DNA of 64,000 bases from Isurus oxyrinchus (GCA_026770705.1 JANJGN010000546.1:310001-374000); one strand, 5' to 3'; positions 50,432 through 63,390 are shown, counted from the stretch's first letter. Notes: generated by a model from the sequence alone, not told the origin. Numbers and translations: made by a program.

Positions 50432-50683
50432 AACTCCAATCTCTGGTCTGAGCCTCTTCTCTCATCCAGTGTTCTCAATTCACATGTCTCGGAGTGAACG
50501 TGTATTAAGCTGAGAGACAGAAACACTACTGCCAAAGAGCAAGAAAATCTTTCCTGATCATTGTAACCTCTCAGTTCTGATATCATCCTTGTAAAAGTGC
50601 TTTCTCTTGTGGGACTGTGGTTTCTATTTGAACTGATGCTTCACGTTATATTTCTCTAAAAGGATCCATTCTCTGTCTGTTAG

Positions 50684-50980
50684 ATTTCACAGATAAACCC
50701 ACGATATTCCCTGCTGAAATTATTGCAGGAAAGCGTATGGATGTAAGCTGCACCTTCAACACAAAGTGCAATGGAACAGCAGCACCTGTCTTAACCTGGG
50801 ACACTCCCACTGACGTCCCTGGATCAGTCTCAAACACTGTAACTCAGCATGGTGTCACTCTGACCTATACTTCTGTTCTGACCCTGATCCCATCACTCAA
50901 ACACCACGGACACACTCTCAGCTGCAGAGTGAGATATCCATCTGTTTCATCGGAGCGGACCCTCGTACTAACTGTGCAAG
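50684..50980 (+). CDS. Gene C C2a exon (open)
   Basis: 297 nt phase 1-1, near-identical to A and B; the host gene is probably defective. Confidence 0.75.
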
Positions 50981-51303
50981 GTAAGTACATACACCTTTCA
51001 TTCTACATCAGCACTCCCTCAGCGCTGACCCTCTGACAGTGCAGCCCGTTCTCAGTATCCACATTCTCAGACCTCTCTAAGTGCTTCACAGTCGATAGAA
51101 GTTAATTGATCTTTATATGATTATTGCTGAATGAAGAGACAAGCTGTCTAAACTTTACATCTCGCACACACCATTCTCCATGGCAACACCTCCTCCTATC
51201 AGAGACCACTTGCCAACCAATCAGCACTCTCTTCCCATTAAGTATAAATTGTTGTTCACTTTCTGTTGGTAATCCTGTGAACGGGCTTCTTGATTCCTGC
51301 CCT

Positions 51304-51456
51304 GACATCTTAATGTCCCAATGAACAGAACAACTTCCAACAATGAGCTGTGGTTGGTGATTCCTCACATTACATCCAGGGACACTGGAGACTATCAGTG
51401 TGTGGCAGAGAATGAACATGGAGCAGTGGAGGGATTCATAACCATCACTGTGGAAC
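51304..51456 (+). pseudogene. 5'-truncated C2b pseudo-exon (gene C)
   Basis: Same truncation and upstream insert as 13553-13705. Confidence 0.8.
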
Positions 51457-53134
51457 GTGAGTGTACACAGACTTCAACATCTCTCTCAGATTCGAACACG
51501 ACACAAACAACCTCAAACATACACATCTAAGTAGACACATGCAGACACACATATATGACCACACAGAAAGACACACTCACACACAAACACACTAACACAC
51601 ACTCCCCTGTGGGCTACCTGACCTCCCTCAGTACTGCCCTGGAGAGTTGGCCTGAATTCTGGGATTTGTGTTCCCATTCATATTTATGCAAGAATATGGA
51701 AATTACAAAGTCTATTACAGACAGTCAGATGCATAGAGACACTCACAGATACTCTCTGCCTCTCCAACTCTCTCTCTCCCTTTAAGAAGCTTCCTGAAAG
51801 CTCACCCTTCGAACAATCACCGGTCCCAAATCCTCCTTATCTGATTTGTGTGATTTTCTTTGTGTATTTGAGAGTAAGAGAGAGGTGGAGAGGTTTAGGA
51901 GGAGAATTCCTGTTGGTGAAAAGCTTACATCATGTTCTCACCTTTCCAGTGCCCATATTTCACATGATGTCCAATGTCCTTGTTCATAATGGGAATTGCC
52001 TATGTAAACATCACGCTGTAGTTACAGTCTCCTACCAGTGGTGGCATTGTAGCACTTAATCCTTGTGTTTCCCAGCTTTTCAAGCAACTCCACTTCCCAG
52101 TTTGCTCCACAAGCTGTGAGTTCATTGGAATTCAATTATTTCTCAAACGGTAGATTTGATGTCATTTTATTGAAAACTTCCTCAGTGCCTCCCTGAAGGG
52201 TTTACACTCTCTGGGAAGCAGGAATAGGCTGGATGTTGGGGAGTTCATCTTTTCCCAGAGAGTAGGGATCCTCGGGAATGTGCTGTCAGTGGGTGTGGTG
52301 GTTGCTGATTCTCTGTCGCCTTCAAGAGGGATCTGGAGTCGTTACTGACTGGGGGAGAGATCATGGAAACGGAGAATGATACAGCACAGGAGGAGGCCAT
52401 TCAGCCCATTGAGACTGTGCCAGGTCTTTCAATGTGCTATCCAATCAGATCCACTAACCACCACTCCACTTTGCCCCCATCTTCCTCCTTTAAGTATTTA
52501 TCCAATTTCCCTTTTGAAAGTTCCTATTGAATCTGCTTCCACCGCCCTTTCAGGCAGCACCTTCCAGATCACAACAACTCGCTCTGTCAAAACAAATTCT
52601 CCTCATCTCCCCCTCCGGTTCGTCAATCTGTGTCCCTCTGGTTACCGAGCCTCCTGCCCCTTAAGTACATTGATACTGTTCACCTCAACCACTCCCTGTG
52701 GGAGCGAGTTCCACATTCTCCCCTCTCTCTGGGTAAAGATTGGAACTGTTTATTAAGCGGGGGGTGTAAGTCCTTGGGGGAGTCCATCTCGATCCTGCCC
52801 GATTCGCACACGCGTTCGAGATGGATTTCCACCCTGCACAAAACGTTTCCAGAATTTTCTACAGCACAATCCTGTACACAGCGATTGGGAGAAACATTGG
52901 ACAGGGAGTCCAACAGCACAATGATCCATTCTCACCAATGTTCCACGCTAAGGGGAAAGTTCCGATTGTCCACTCTTAGAGTGTTTACAATGAAAACATT
53001 CATTCCACATTGAATCCCAGTGGATGGGTCAATATTACAGCAAATGTTGCAGTGATATGAAGCTTGATTGTTCAGCCAGAGTAAGAGATTGAAAGCGGAG
53101 AGTCAGTGATGATTTCTTTCTGTGTGTTCTCTAG

Positions 53135-53274
53135 ACAGTGGAGGAGAGATTCTGCACGTGATCCTGATCCTGGGAATACGAGCTGTGATATTCCTTGTGG
53201 CTGTGGTTATCACTATCGCTGGAGTCTGTGTCTGGGAGAGACAAACAGTGAAAGGAAGTCGACAGACTGTTTGA
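53135..53274 (+). CDS. Gene C terminal TM + short tail exon with intramembrane Arg (ILILGIRAVIFLVAVV)
   Basis: Matches 17374-17513 except CGA (Arg) at 53179-53181. Confidence 0.75.
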
Positions 53275-53394
53275 AGCTTTGTACAGCAACATGCTGGTCA
53301 GTCAGTGCGGACAAATAACGTGTGATGTTGTGTTAAGTTGTAATGAAACTGGTCAGTGTCCTGGTTAGAATCACCTTCGTATCAGAGAGGCATT

Positions 53395-54000
53395 CCAGCA
53401 CAGTGGGAGCCCATTCAGCCCATTGAGTCCATGCTGTCTCTCTGTAGAGCAATACAGTCAGTCCCATTTCCCCCGCTCTATCCCCGTATCCCTGCAAGTT
53501 TATTTCCCCTCAAGTGTCCAACCAATTTCCTTTTGAAATCATTCGTCTCCGCTTCCACCATCCTCGTAGGCAGCGAGTTCCAGCTCATTACCACTCGCTG
53601 TGTAAAAAAGTTACTCCTCACATCCCCCCTCTGCCCAAAACCTTCAATCTGTGTCCCCCAGTCCTTGTCCCATCAGCTAATGGCAACAGCTTCTCTTTGT
53701 CTGCCTTATCTAAACCCATCATCATCTTGTACACCTCGATCAGATCCCCCCTCAATCTCCTTTGCTCCAAGGAGAACAACCCCAGCTTCTCCAACCCAAC
53801 CTTGTAGCTAAAATCCCTCATCCCTGGACCCATTCTGCTCAATCTCCTCCCCACCCTCTCAAGGACCCTCACTTCCTTCCCAAAGTGAGGAGACCAGAAC
53901 TGGACACAATACTCTAGTTGTGACCTAACCAGAGCTTTATAAATGATCAGCATAACCTCCCTGTGTTTGTTCTCAATCCCTCGATTTATGAAAAGCTTAT
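53395..54000 (-). mobile_element. CR1 LINE 3' fragment shared with gene A 3' region
   Basis: ORF 53618..54088; paralogous to 17635-18245. Confidence 0.88.
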
Positions 54001-54694
54001 TCTTTCCATCAGCACAAACAGCAATTTCCAAGCGGACTCCCATCAGCAGACAGAGTGCAATGAAACATCGGCATGCCTGCTTCTTCATGTACGGAGAGAA
54101 ACCTGGAACGAGAGATTCTCCTTCTTCTCCTCAGCAAGCTGAAACTTTTCCTTATACCTGGTGCTCCCCAGTCCTGCTGTGTGGACACATCATAACCACG
54201 GCATTGTCTGGCTGTGTGCAGCCAACATGGTCGAATAGGAATGAACAGAAATGTGACGTTGCTAAACTCTGTTCTCTGATTGGAATGTGCTTTCTGAATG
54301 CTGCACCTTTTTCATGCTGCAATAGATTGTAAGAAGCATTTGGGTTATGAATAAAATTACATTGATTAACACAAGTGATTAAAATGCTCAGGCTGTTCTG
54401 TAGATATTTAAAGATTAAAATTCTTGTTTTGCTGCAAAATACTTGGTTCAAAGACATTACTTCATATTGTCATGTTTTCCAATCAGATGAATTCCTCTGT
54501 CCATCTTTATAATAGAAATTTCCAATGTAAACATGTCACATTGTAGCTGCACACACTTGCCAGTGGCTGGTGTGATATCAAAGCTGTCTTGCTGTCGAGA
54601 AACAGCGAGAAATATTCCTGTTGTGTGCATGAACTTCATGTTAGCATGAGACACAGGCATCAGATACAATTTTGTGCAATTTGTTCTTTAGACA

Positions 54695-55078
54695 GCGGAG
54701 CACTCCCTCAGTACTGACCCTCCAACAGTGCAGCACTCCCTCAGTTCAGACCCTCCTACAGTGCAGCACTCCCTCAGATCAGACCCTCCGACTGTGCAGC
54801 ACTCCCTCAGTTCAAACCCTCCGACAGTGCAGCACTCCCTCAGTTCAGACCCTCCGACTGTGCAGCACTCCCTCAGTTCAAACCCTCAGACAGTGCAGCA
54901 CTCCCTCAGTTCAGAACCTCCGACAGTGCAGCACTCTCTCAGTTCAGACCCTCCGATAGTGCAGCCCTCCCTCATTTCAGACCCTCCGACAGTGCAGCAC
55001 TCCCTGAGTTCAGACCCTCCGACAGTGCAGCACTCCCTCAGTACTGAACCTCCGACAGTGCCGCACTACCTCAGTACT
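54695..55078. repeat. 33-bp tandem repeat array (AGTTCAGACC variant)
   Basis: Direct periodicity. Confidence 0.9.
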
Positions 55079-56574
55079 TCTCTGCCGATGCTGCCAGACC
55101 TGCTGAGTTTTTCCAGGTATTTCTGTTTCTGTTTCTGTTTTGAATTTCCAGCATCTGCAGTTTTTTTGCTTTTAGTGCTGGGCAGTTCCTCAGCAAGGAT
55201 TCGGGCCACAAAACATTGCGAGTGCTGTGGGTCTGCGCCACGATTTAGAGAGCTGTGCTTGGCATGCCTATTCTAGTCCCAGTCCAGTGTGGTGGGGAGA
55301 GCCTGGCAGTCCTGGGTTGGTGGTGCCCAGCATGGTGTGAGTGACGTGGTCAGTCCCTCACACACGTACATCCTGGGGGTGGGTGGCTTGATACTAGGCC
55401 GCAGGTGGCACAATCCCAGTCAGGGGAGGCATCTGCAGCCTGTCAGTGGGGAGCAGGTAATATAGAGAGTAGGGGTGGGGGTGGGAATCGAGGGGGGCCG
55501 GTGGTCTCTGTAAGTCACAGTACAATGGGCCTCTAGTTGGAGAGAGGTCAGGTCTACATGGGGCATTGGGATGTCAACATCAGACAGTCTAGGGAGGAGG
55601 ACTGGGATGTCAACCCCCAACACAATAAGATCAAGGATTAGAGAGGAAGGGAGGAGACTGATTGGAAGGAGGGGAATGTGCACATTATGCTCCTCCAGCA
55701 CGATGGGAGGGACTGTGATGGTTACAGGGGTGGGGGGGGGTGACGTGTGAGGGGATAGACGCTTACCTGGTGGTATTGCCTCAGCCTCACCCTTTTTCAA
55801 GCTGATCCAATGTCGCAGTTGAAGAATAAGCTACAAAACAAATTGGCAGGGGAGGTCTCCCAGGGCCTGTGGGAGACATCACCCACTGCATCTTCGGCCT
55901 GTTTGAAGGGGCACCCGAACAATTCCGGCTTTTCCAAATGATGAGGAAGACACAGCTGCACCCCGAGTCCCCTACTGGGGATCCAGAAGGTTGCAATAGC
56001 GCTGCGAGGGACTCATGGGTTCCACAGTGACTCCCTAATTAGCGACTGGAAGGTTTATGTTCATTTATCTTTATTATCCGTTCATATTGAGCAATGGAGC
56101 TCCTGATTTGTCACCTTTCTGTACCTCGTCCAATGCTTCTGTTATCAGGACTTCCACATCGATGTGAAAGAGCCATGATGATAGCAGACAGTCGCACAAT
56201 GGGAATGGCACTAGGCCAGTGATCCAGAGGCCCAGGTGAATGCTTTGAAGGCACGGGTTCAAATCCCACCACGGCAGCTGGAGGAATTTCAATTCGATTA
56301 ATCAATAAATTTAATTGATTGATACATTTTTTTCTTATTCATTTCAGGGATGTTGGTGTCGCTGACTAGGCCAGTATTTGTTGCCCATCCCCATTTGCCT
56401 TTGAGAACATCTGGATATCTGAGTTAGGATCAGGAGTAGGTCACTCAGCCCCTCGAACCTGCTCCGCCATTCAGTAAGATCATGGCTGATCTGATTGTCA
56501 CCTCAACCTCACATTCCTGCCTACCCCCAATGACCTTTCACCCCATTGTTAATCAAGAATCTATCTAGCTCTGT

Positions 56575-58545
56575 GGAAGGGGAGCCAATCAATCGGGCTG
56601 CTTTGTCCTGGATGGTTTCGAGCTTCTTGAGTGTTGTTGGAGCTGTGCTCATCCAGGCATGTGGAGAGTATTCCATCACACTCCTGACTTGTGCGTTGTA
56701 GATGGTGGACAGGCTTTGGGGAGTCAGGAGGTGAGTTACTGTCTGCAGGGTTCCCAGCCTCTGACCTGCTCTTGCAGCCACAGTGTTTATATGGCTGGTC
56801 CAGTTCAGTTTCTGCTCAATGGTAACTCCCAGGATGTTGATATTGGGGGATTCATTGATGGTAATGCCATTGAATGCCAAGGGGCGATGGTTATGAATGG
56901 TCTGTGGGATATTCTGTTACAAAATTTCAACACTCGGACTCCAGATGCAATATTCAAGTGGTTCCTTTATTAGGCATGTGGGGAGCAAACGCTGGGCAGT
57001 ACAGGCGCTTCTCCACCGAGGTTCAAATGAGCACAGTTTATATATTTTTTACTCTCAGTTACAAGGTAATGGTATTAGTTAGACAAAGGCCACAGCACAA
57101 TGACCCTCCGGTGGGCTGATAATTGTGTTCTTGTTCAGTAATTACAGGGCAGAGACTGGCTATTGTCCTTTTGAGACAGCAAAGAATCTATGTTTGTTCG
57201 ATACAAAAGGTTACCGGAGGCTGACTGGATGTGGTTCAAGGCCATCGGACGGTGTGAAATAACCTTCCCCATTTCTTGATTGAGTCACCCTGTGTCCTTG
57301 TGTGTGTGTCTCCCATTTCCTCATTGCAAATTTACAGCTGAGCCCTTTGTACAGGTTTTTAGCTTTCACGTAAGGATGTGATTGTCTGTGTACGCTTTGT
57401 CACCCTAGCTGCTGGTCCTGACTGGCTCTTTAAAATAAATCCAAATTTTCTGCGCCTTCAGTTAAATTCTCTCTTGTTGGAGCTGGTCATTGCCTGGTAC
57501 TTGTGTGGCATGAATGTTACTTGTCACCTGTCAGCCCAAGCCTGGATGTTGTCCAGGTCTTGCTGCATTTGGACATAACTTGCTTCAGTATCTGAGGAGT
57601 CGTGAATGATGCTGAACATTGTGCAAACATCAGCAAACATCCCCACTTCTGACCTTATGATGGAAGGAAGGTCATTGATGAAGCAGCTGAAGATAGTTGA
57701 GCCTCGGACACTACCCTGAGTAACTCCTGCAGTGATGTCCTGGAACTGAGATGATTGACCCCCAACAATCACAACCATCGTCCTTTGTGCTGGGTATGAC
57801 TCCAAGCAGCGGAGAGTTTTCCCCCGATTCCCATTGACTCCAGTTTTGCTCGGGCTCCTTGATTTGCCACACTCAGTCAAATGCTGCCTTGATGTCAAGG
57901 GCAGTCACTCTCACCTCACCTCTGGAGTTCAGCTCATTTGTGCATGTTTGAACCAAGGCTGTAATGAGGCCAGGAGCTGAATGATCCTGGTGGAACACAA
58001 ACTGAGCGTCAGTGAGCAGGTTCTTGGTAAGCAGGTGCTGCTTGCAAGCGCTGTTGATGACCCCTTCCATCACTTTAGTAATGATCAAGAATAGACTGCT
58101 GGGGAATTGGCTGGGTTGGATTTGTCCTGCTTTTTGTGTACAGGACGTACCCCATAGACAGGTAGTTGCCAGTGTTGCAGCTGTACTAGAAAATTCCAGA
58201 AAAGCTTGGCTAGGGGCGCAGCAAGTTCTGGAGCACAAGTCTTCAGTACTATTGCCGGAATAATGTCAGGGTCTGGAGCCTTTGCAATATCCAGTGCCTT
58301 CAGCCCTTCCTTGATGTCACGTGGAATTAATCGAATTGGCTAAAGATTGGCATCTCTGATGCTGGGGACCTCAGGAGGAGGCCGAGATGGATCACCCACT
58401 CAGCACTTCTGGCTGAAGATTGTTGCGCATGCTTCAGTCTTGTCTTTTGCACCGATGTGCTGGGCTCCTCCATCATTGAGGATGGGGATATTTGTGGAGC
58501 CTCCTCCTCCAGTGAGTTGTTTAATTGTCCACGACTGGATGTGAC
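56575..58545 (-). mobile_element. CR1-like LINE RT remnant interrupted by a solo LTR
   Basis: LDIKAAFD, TQGSVRGSTIFSCFINDL, MFADVCT, ILGVTIEQKLNWTSHI. Confidence 0.85.
56894..57460 (-). mobile_element. Solo LTR (567 bp) with 4-bp TSD GTTA
   Basis: TGAA...TTCA termini, GTTA at 56890-56893 and 57461-57464; removal restores LINE sequence; minus-strand TATA-like (~57040) then AATAAA (~56967). Confidence 0.8.
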
Positions 58546-60409
58546 ATCTGGAATGCGAAGCTAGTCTCAGTAATGGTGACCATGAAACTAACGCCAATTG
58601 TTGCAAAAACCCATCTGGGTCACTAATGCCCTTTGGGGAAGGAAACCTGCCGTCCTTACCCATTCTGGCCTACGTGTGACTCCTGACCCACAGAAATGTG
58701 GTTGACTCTTAACTGGCCCCTGAAATGGCCGAGCAAGCCACTGAGTTATATCAAAACCCGCCACAGACCAGTCAAACCAGGTGAACTGCAGCACTTCGAA
58801 AAGGCAGCTCAGCACCCCCTTCTCAAGGGGTCAGTCAGGAACAGGTAACAAACGCTGTCCACATCCCGTGAAAGAATTTTGGTAAAAAGGTAGCCGTGTA
58901 TCACCACCCACGGCCAGCGCCAACCCCCCCACCCCTACCTGATTGCACCAGTTTCAGATGACACCAGGTCAATGAACGGATAGAAACCCAAACCAATGAG
59001 ATGAGCACAGAGAAGGATCAAGCCAGAGAGAGTTGGTGGGAAGAATTGGGAAAGCAACAAAAAAGGCAGAGCGGACACTAACACTATAACAAAGTAAAGA
59101 CCAGAGGAGGAAGGAAGCAAGTGCGAAGAGGAATTGAGAGTAGAGCTGGTAGGCTGCTTGTCAAAGCCATGAAACATCCATAGGTCACACGCACTGTGCG
59201 TTTGGGGAGGGAGTTACATGATTTTGACCCACGATCATCAAGTTTTGCACTGGCAGAGCCGTTAAAGAAAAGGGACCTTCACTACCCGTGTCCCCTGCCC
59301 AACAAAGCTGTTAACATGCCGAGTCCACCTGTACAGGCAACCACTAGACAGTTGACTACAAAGGCCATTGCAGCTACTGAATATGACTTCCAGTTTCAAA
59401 ACCTTCATGAATACAAGGATGGGGGATTCAGCAGGAATATTCCTGCACACCCTGTGGCAGATCCTGTAAATAAAAGGGACATTCACTCACTCCTCAAAGC
59501 TGCTGACCTGCTGATTCACATCTACAGGCAACCTCCAAACAGTCGACTAGAGAAGACAATGCAGCTGCTGAATGTGACTCCTAGTTTCAAACCCTTCACT
59601 CTGGAAAGAAGGAATCCAGAGCAATGGGCCTCACTATAATACTTGACAGAAACTGATTTTAACTCTCATCTCTAAGTATTATTTTTCCTTTGCTTACATT
59701 TTAATCCCTGCACCTGATGGCTTTATTGCTTCAACTTAAATAACTTTCAGCAGGAGCCAGGTTCAAATTGAATGGACAAGCAGGCTTGGGGGGCCAAAAG
59801 GCCTACTCCTGCTTCTGTTTATTTATGTTGGTGTTGTTATGTAGTGGAACTAGAGAGGTTATAGCAGTTATGAGAGCATTAAGCAAACAGCAGCAAGAAT
59901 TGAACACCTACGTTGTGGTTTATGAAAAGCTTTTCTACCTGGTCAACTGGTAAAATCTGTTGAAAGTGGGCTATCATGGCGTGTGCCCTTTGTGAGATAT
60001 TTGTAACAACATTCTCGATGTCGGAACAGTTTGCATTGAACAAAGCTGATCTTTACCCAGAACTTCAGAGGAAGGGGGGACAATTGTTCCCTGGTGTGGG
60101 GGGCATGGTGGGGGGGGAGGGTGAGGGGGAGACAAGTAGCCTGAAATACCAAGCCAGACACTTTGTGAAGACAGAAGTTGTTTATTCATTTTTTTTTACA
60201 AATCATAATCTTTACAATTAAAGTCCCGACAAGATAATGGTGAATCATGAACACATTGTCGGGGTGAATCTGTGCCCGGGAGCATAAAGCAGCAAAATCA
60301 GCAGCCCGCTTTACATCTCTCTGAATTTTAACTATCATTAACCCCAGTAACATCCATTCAAATGACTTAGTCATAAGATTCCTCACACATTCACTTGCAC
60401 ACTCACACA

Positions 60410-60850
60410 CCCACACCCACACAGACACACTGACACACTCACTCATTCACATTGACACACACTGACACAGTCACACACACCCACACAGACACACTGACAC
60501 ACTCACTCATTCACATTGACACACACTGACACAGTCACACACACCCACACAGACACACTGACACACTCACTCATTCACATTGACACACACTGACACAGTC
60601 ACACACACCCACACAGACACACTGACACACTCACTCATTCACATTGACACACACTGACACAGTCACACACACCCACACAGACACACTGACACACTCACTC
60701 ATTCACATTGACACACACTGACACAGTCACACACACCCACACAGACACACTGACACACTCACTCATTCACATTGACACACACTGACAGTCACACACACCC
60801 ACACAGACACACTGACACACTCACTCATTCACATTGACACACACATATTG
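60410..60850. repeat. 62-bp CA-rich minisatellite, ~7 near-perfect copies
   Basis: Unit CACACACCCACACAGACACACTGACACACTCACTCATTCACATTGACACACACTGACACAGT. Confidence 0.92.
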
Positions 60851-61789
60851 ACAGTCACACACACACACACACACGCTCATAAAGACAGACACAAACACAG
60901 TCACGTGAGGTGAATAGTGTCGATGTATTTAAGGGGAAGCTGGATAAACACACGAGGGAGAAATGAATAGAAGGATATGGTGATGGGGTGAGATGGAGAA
61001 GGGGTGGGCGGAGACTCGTGTGGAGCAGAAACTCCAGCATGGAACAGATGGGCCGAATGGCTCCTTTCCCTGCTGTAAAACGCAGGTAAAGTTTCAGTTG
61101 GAATTAATGAACAGGGCCTGTGTGAAATAGATTGCTAAGCAGTAGATAAGGAGGGGAGAGGCTGTGGCATGGTGCAGGAGGACCTTGCGTGAATGAGGCC
61201 AGGGTCTAATATCTACAGCAGAGACCACAAGTCTCATTTGATTCTCTCCAATTACAGCAGTGACAGCAGAATCTGCAGAGCTGCTGTCTGCTCATTCTGT
61301 TCTGGTGCTGCAGCAAGGAGCCCTGGAAAAGCAGGAGCACAATAGGTGAGAACATTCCGGAAAGAAAGAAGGCATCATTTCAATCAGGCGCGTCATTGGA
61401 AGGAGGATGGCGCATTTCTATAGCGCCTTTCCCCTCCTCAGGATGGCCCAAAGTGTTCAACAGCTGAAGGAAGGACTTTTTCTGAAGTGGGCTCACCGCT
61501 GTAATGTAGGAAACGCAGCAGGCAATTCACGCACAGCAAGATCCCACAAACAGAAATGTGATAATGGCCCCGATTTTCAGTTTTTTACCAATGTCAGTTG
61601 AGGGATAAATGTTTGCCCCAGGAAAGCGGACATAACTCCACCCATCCAGCCCCCACCACCCCCTCCACACATACCCCCCAACTCCTGACGCACTTCATTT
61701 AAATTGTGGCCATGGAATCCTCTATATCCACCTGAGAGGGCAGATTGGTTGCCCCAGTTTAATGTCTCATCTGAAAGACAGCGCCTTCA

Positions 61790-62120
61790 ACAGTGCAGCA
61801 CCCCCTCAGTACTGACCCTCCGACTGTGCAGCACTCCCTCAGTACTGACTCTGACAATGCAGCACATCCTCAGTACTGACCCTCCAACAGTGCAGCACTC
61901 CCTCAAGACTGACCCTCTGACAATGCAACACTCCCTCAGTACTGACCCTCCGACTGTGCATCCCCCCGCCGGTACTGACCCTTCGACAGTGCAACACTCC
62001 CTCAAGACTGACCCTCTGACAATGCAGCACTCCCTCAGTACTAACCCTCTGACAATGCAGCACTCCCTCAGTACTGACCCTCTGACAATGCAGCACACCC
62101 TCAATACTGACCCTCCGATA
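61790..62120. repeat. 33-bp tandem repeat array
   Basis: Direct periodicity. Confidence 0.9.
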
Positions 62121-62969
62121 GCTCGGTCATTCCTCAATTACGCCTGGTGGTCCTTTTAACTCAGAGCTGAGAGTCGCAGAGAATCGAGCAGACACCCTGA
62201 ACTGACACTTGCAGTGCAAGTACTGGGAGCGCGCTGGTCATTATCATGCTGCTGTCTGTGGGATCTTACTGTGCGCCAATGGCTGATTCTTTTCCCACAT
62301 TACATCAGTGACCTCACATGAAAGAAAAAAGCACTTGATTGTCTGCGAAACACTTTGGGACGTCCTGATGTGTTGGAAGGCGCTAGAGAAATGCAAGTCC
62401 TCTTTGTCTTTCACTCGATCCTCTAAGGTGTCTGTTGATTAACCAGCCTCTCGGTGTTTGATGTAGGCCTGGTTATAAACAGTTAGAAGGATCAAATATC
62501 AAAAATGCTTTGGCTGACAGTCAAACCGATTGTGCATTCGGAGAGATGAGATACGGTCTGCGCACAATGACTCCAGTCTCTGGCACTGACTGCCGCCTGG
62601 GATCTCCCTTCCACATAACACTCACAACTTGCATTTACACAGCGCCTCTGGCATTGCAAAATGTCCCAGCCCACATTACTGGAGCGTAAATCAGAGAGAA
62701 GTCTAACACTGAGTCACATATGGAGATATTAGGGTTAGGTGACCAAAAGCTTGGTCAAAGATGTCAGTTTTTAAGGAGCGTCTTAAAGGAGAGAGAGAGA
62801 GAGAGGCAGAGAGGTTAAGGGAGGGTATTCCGGAGCTCAGGGCCCCAGGCAGCTGAAGGCACGGCCACCAATGGTGGAGCGATGGGAATCAGGGGGACCC
62901 GGGAGATGCAGTAATGTCAGAGATTTTGGAGGAACATCGGGACCGGAGGAGGTGTTCTCCTGCTCCATA

Positions 62970-63390
62970 TCTCTCTCTCTCTTCCTCTCTTCCACTCCTC
63001 CTCTCCCTGTCTCTCTCTCTCCTACTCTTCCGCTCAATTGCCCTCTCTCCCAATCTTTCTCTCCTCTCTCCCTTTTCCTGTCTCTCTCCCTCTCTCTCTC
63101 CCTGTCTCATTCTCCCACTCTGTATCTCTCCCTCTCTCTCACACTATTTTTGTACCTTTCGCTCACTCTGTAACTCTCCCTTTCCTGTTAATTTCTCTCT
63201 CTTGGACAATCTCTCTTCCCTTTTCACTTTCCCTCACTCTGCATCTCTTCTTTAATTTCTCCCTCTGTCACTCTCTCCCACCTATGTTCTTTCCCTTTCA
63301 CCCCTCCCCGTCCCACTCTCTGTCTCTCTCTTCCAATCCCTCCCTCCCTCATTCCATCCCTCTCTCCGACTCTCGACTCCCAGCCTCTCT
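62970..63390. repeat. CT-rich low-complexity tract
   Basis: Composition. Confidence 0.85.

Noticed and set aside
55767-55830. Minus-strand exon-like segment (ttttgtag...CAG|gtaagc)
   Set aside because: Isolated, with no recognisable product or partner exons; the surroundings look like decayed transposon sequence.
61258-61345. Plus-strand exon-like segment (aattacag...TAG|gtgaga)
   Set aside because: No homology to the cluster and no supporting neighbours.
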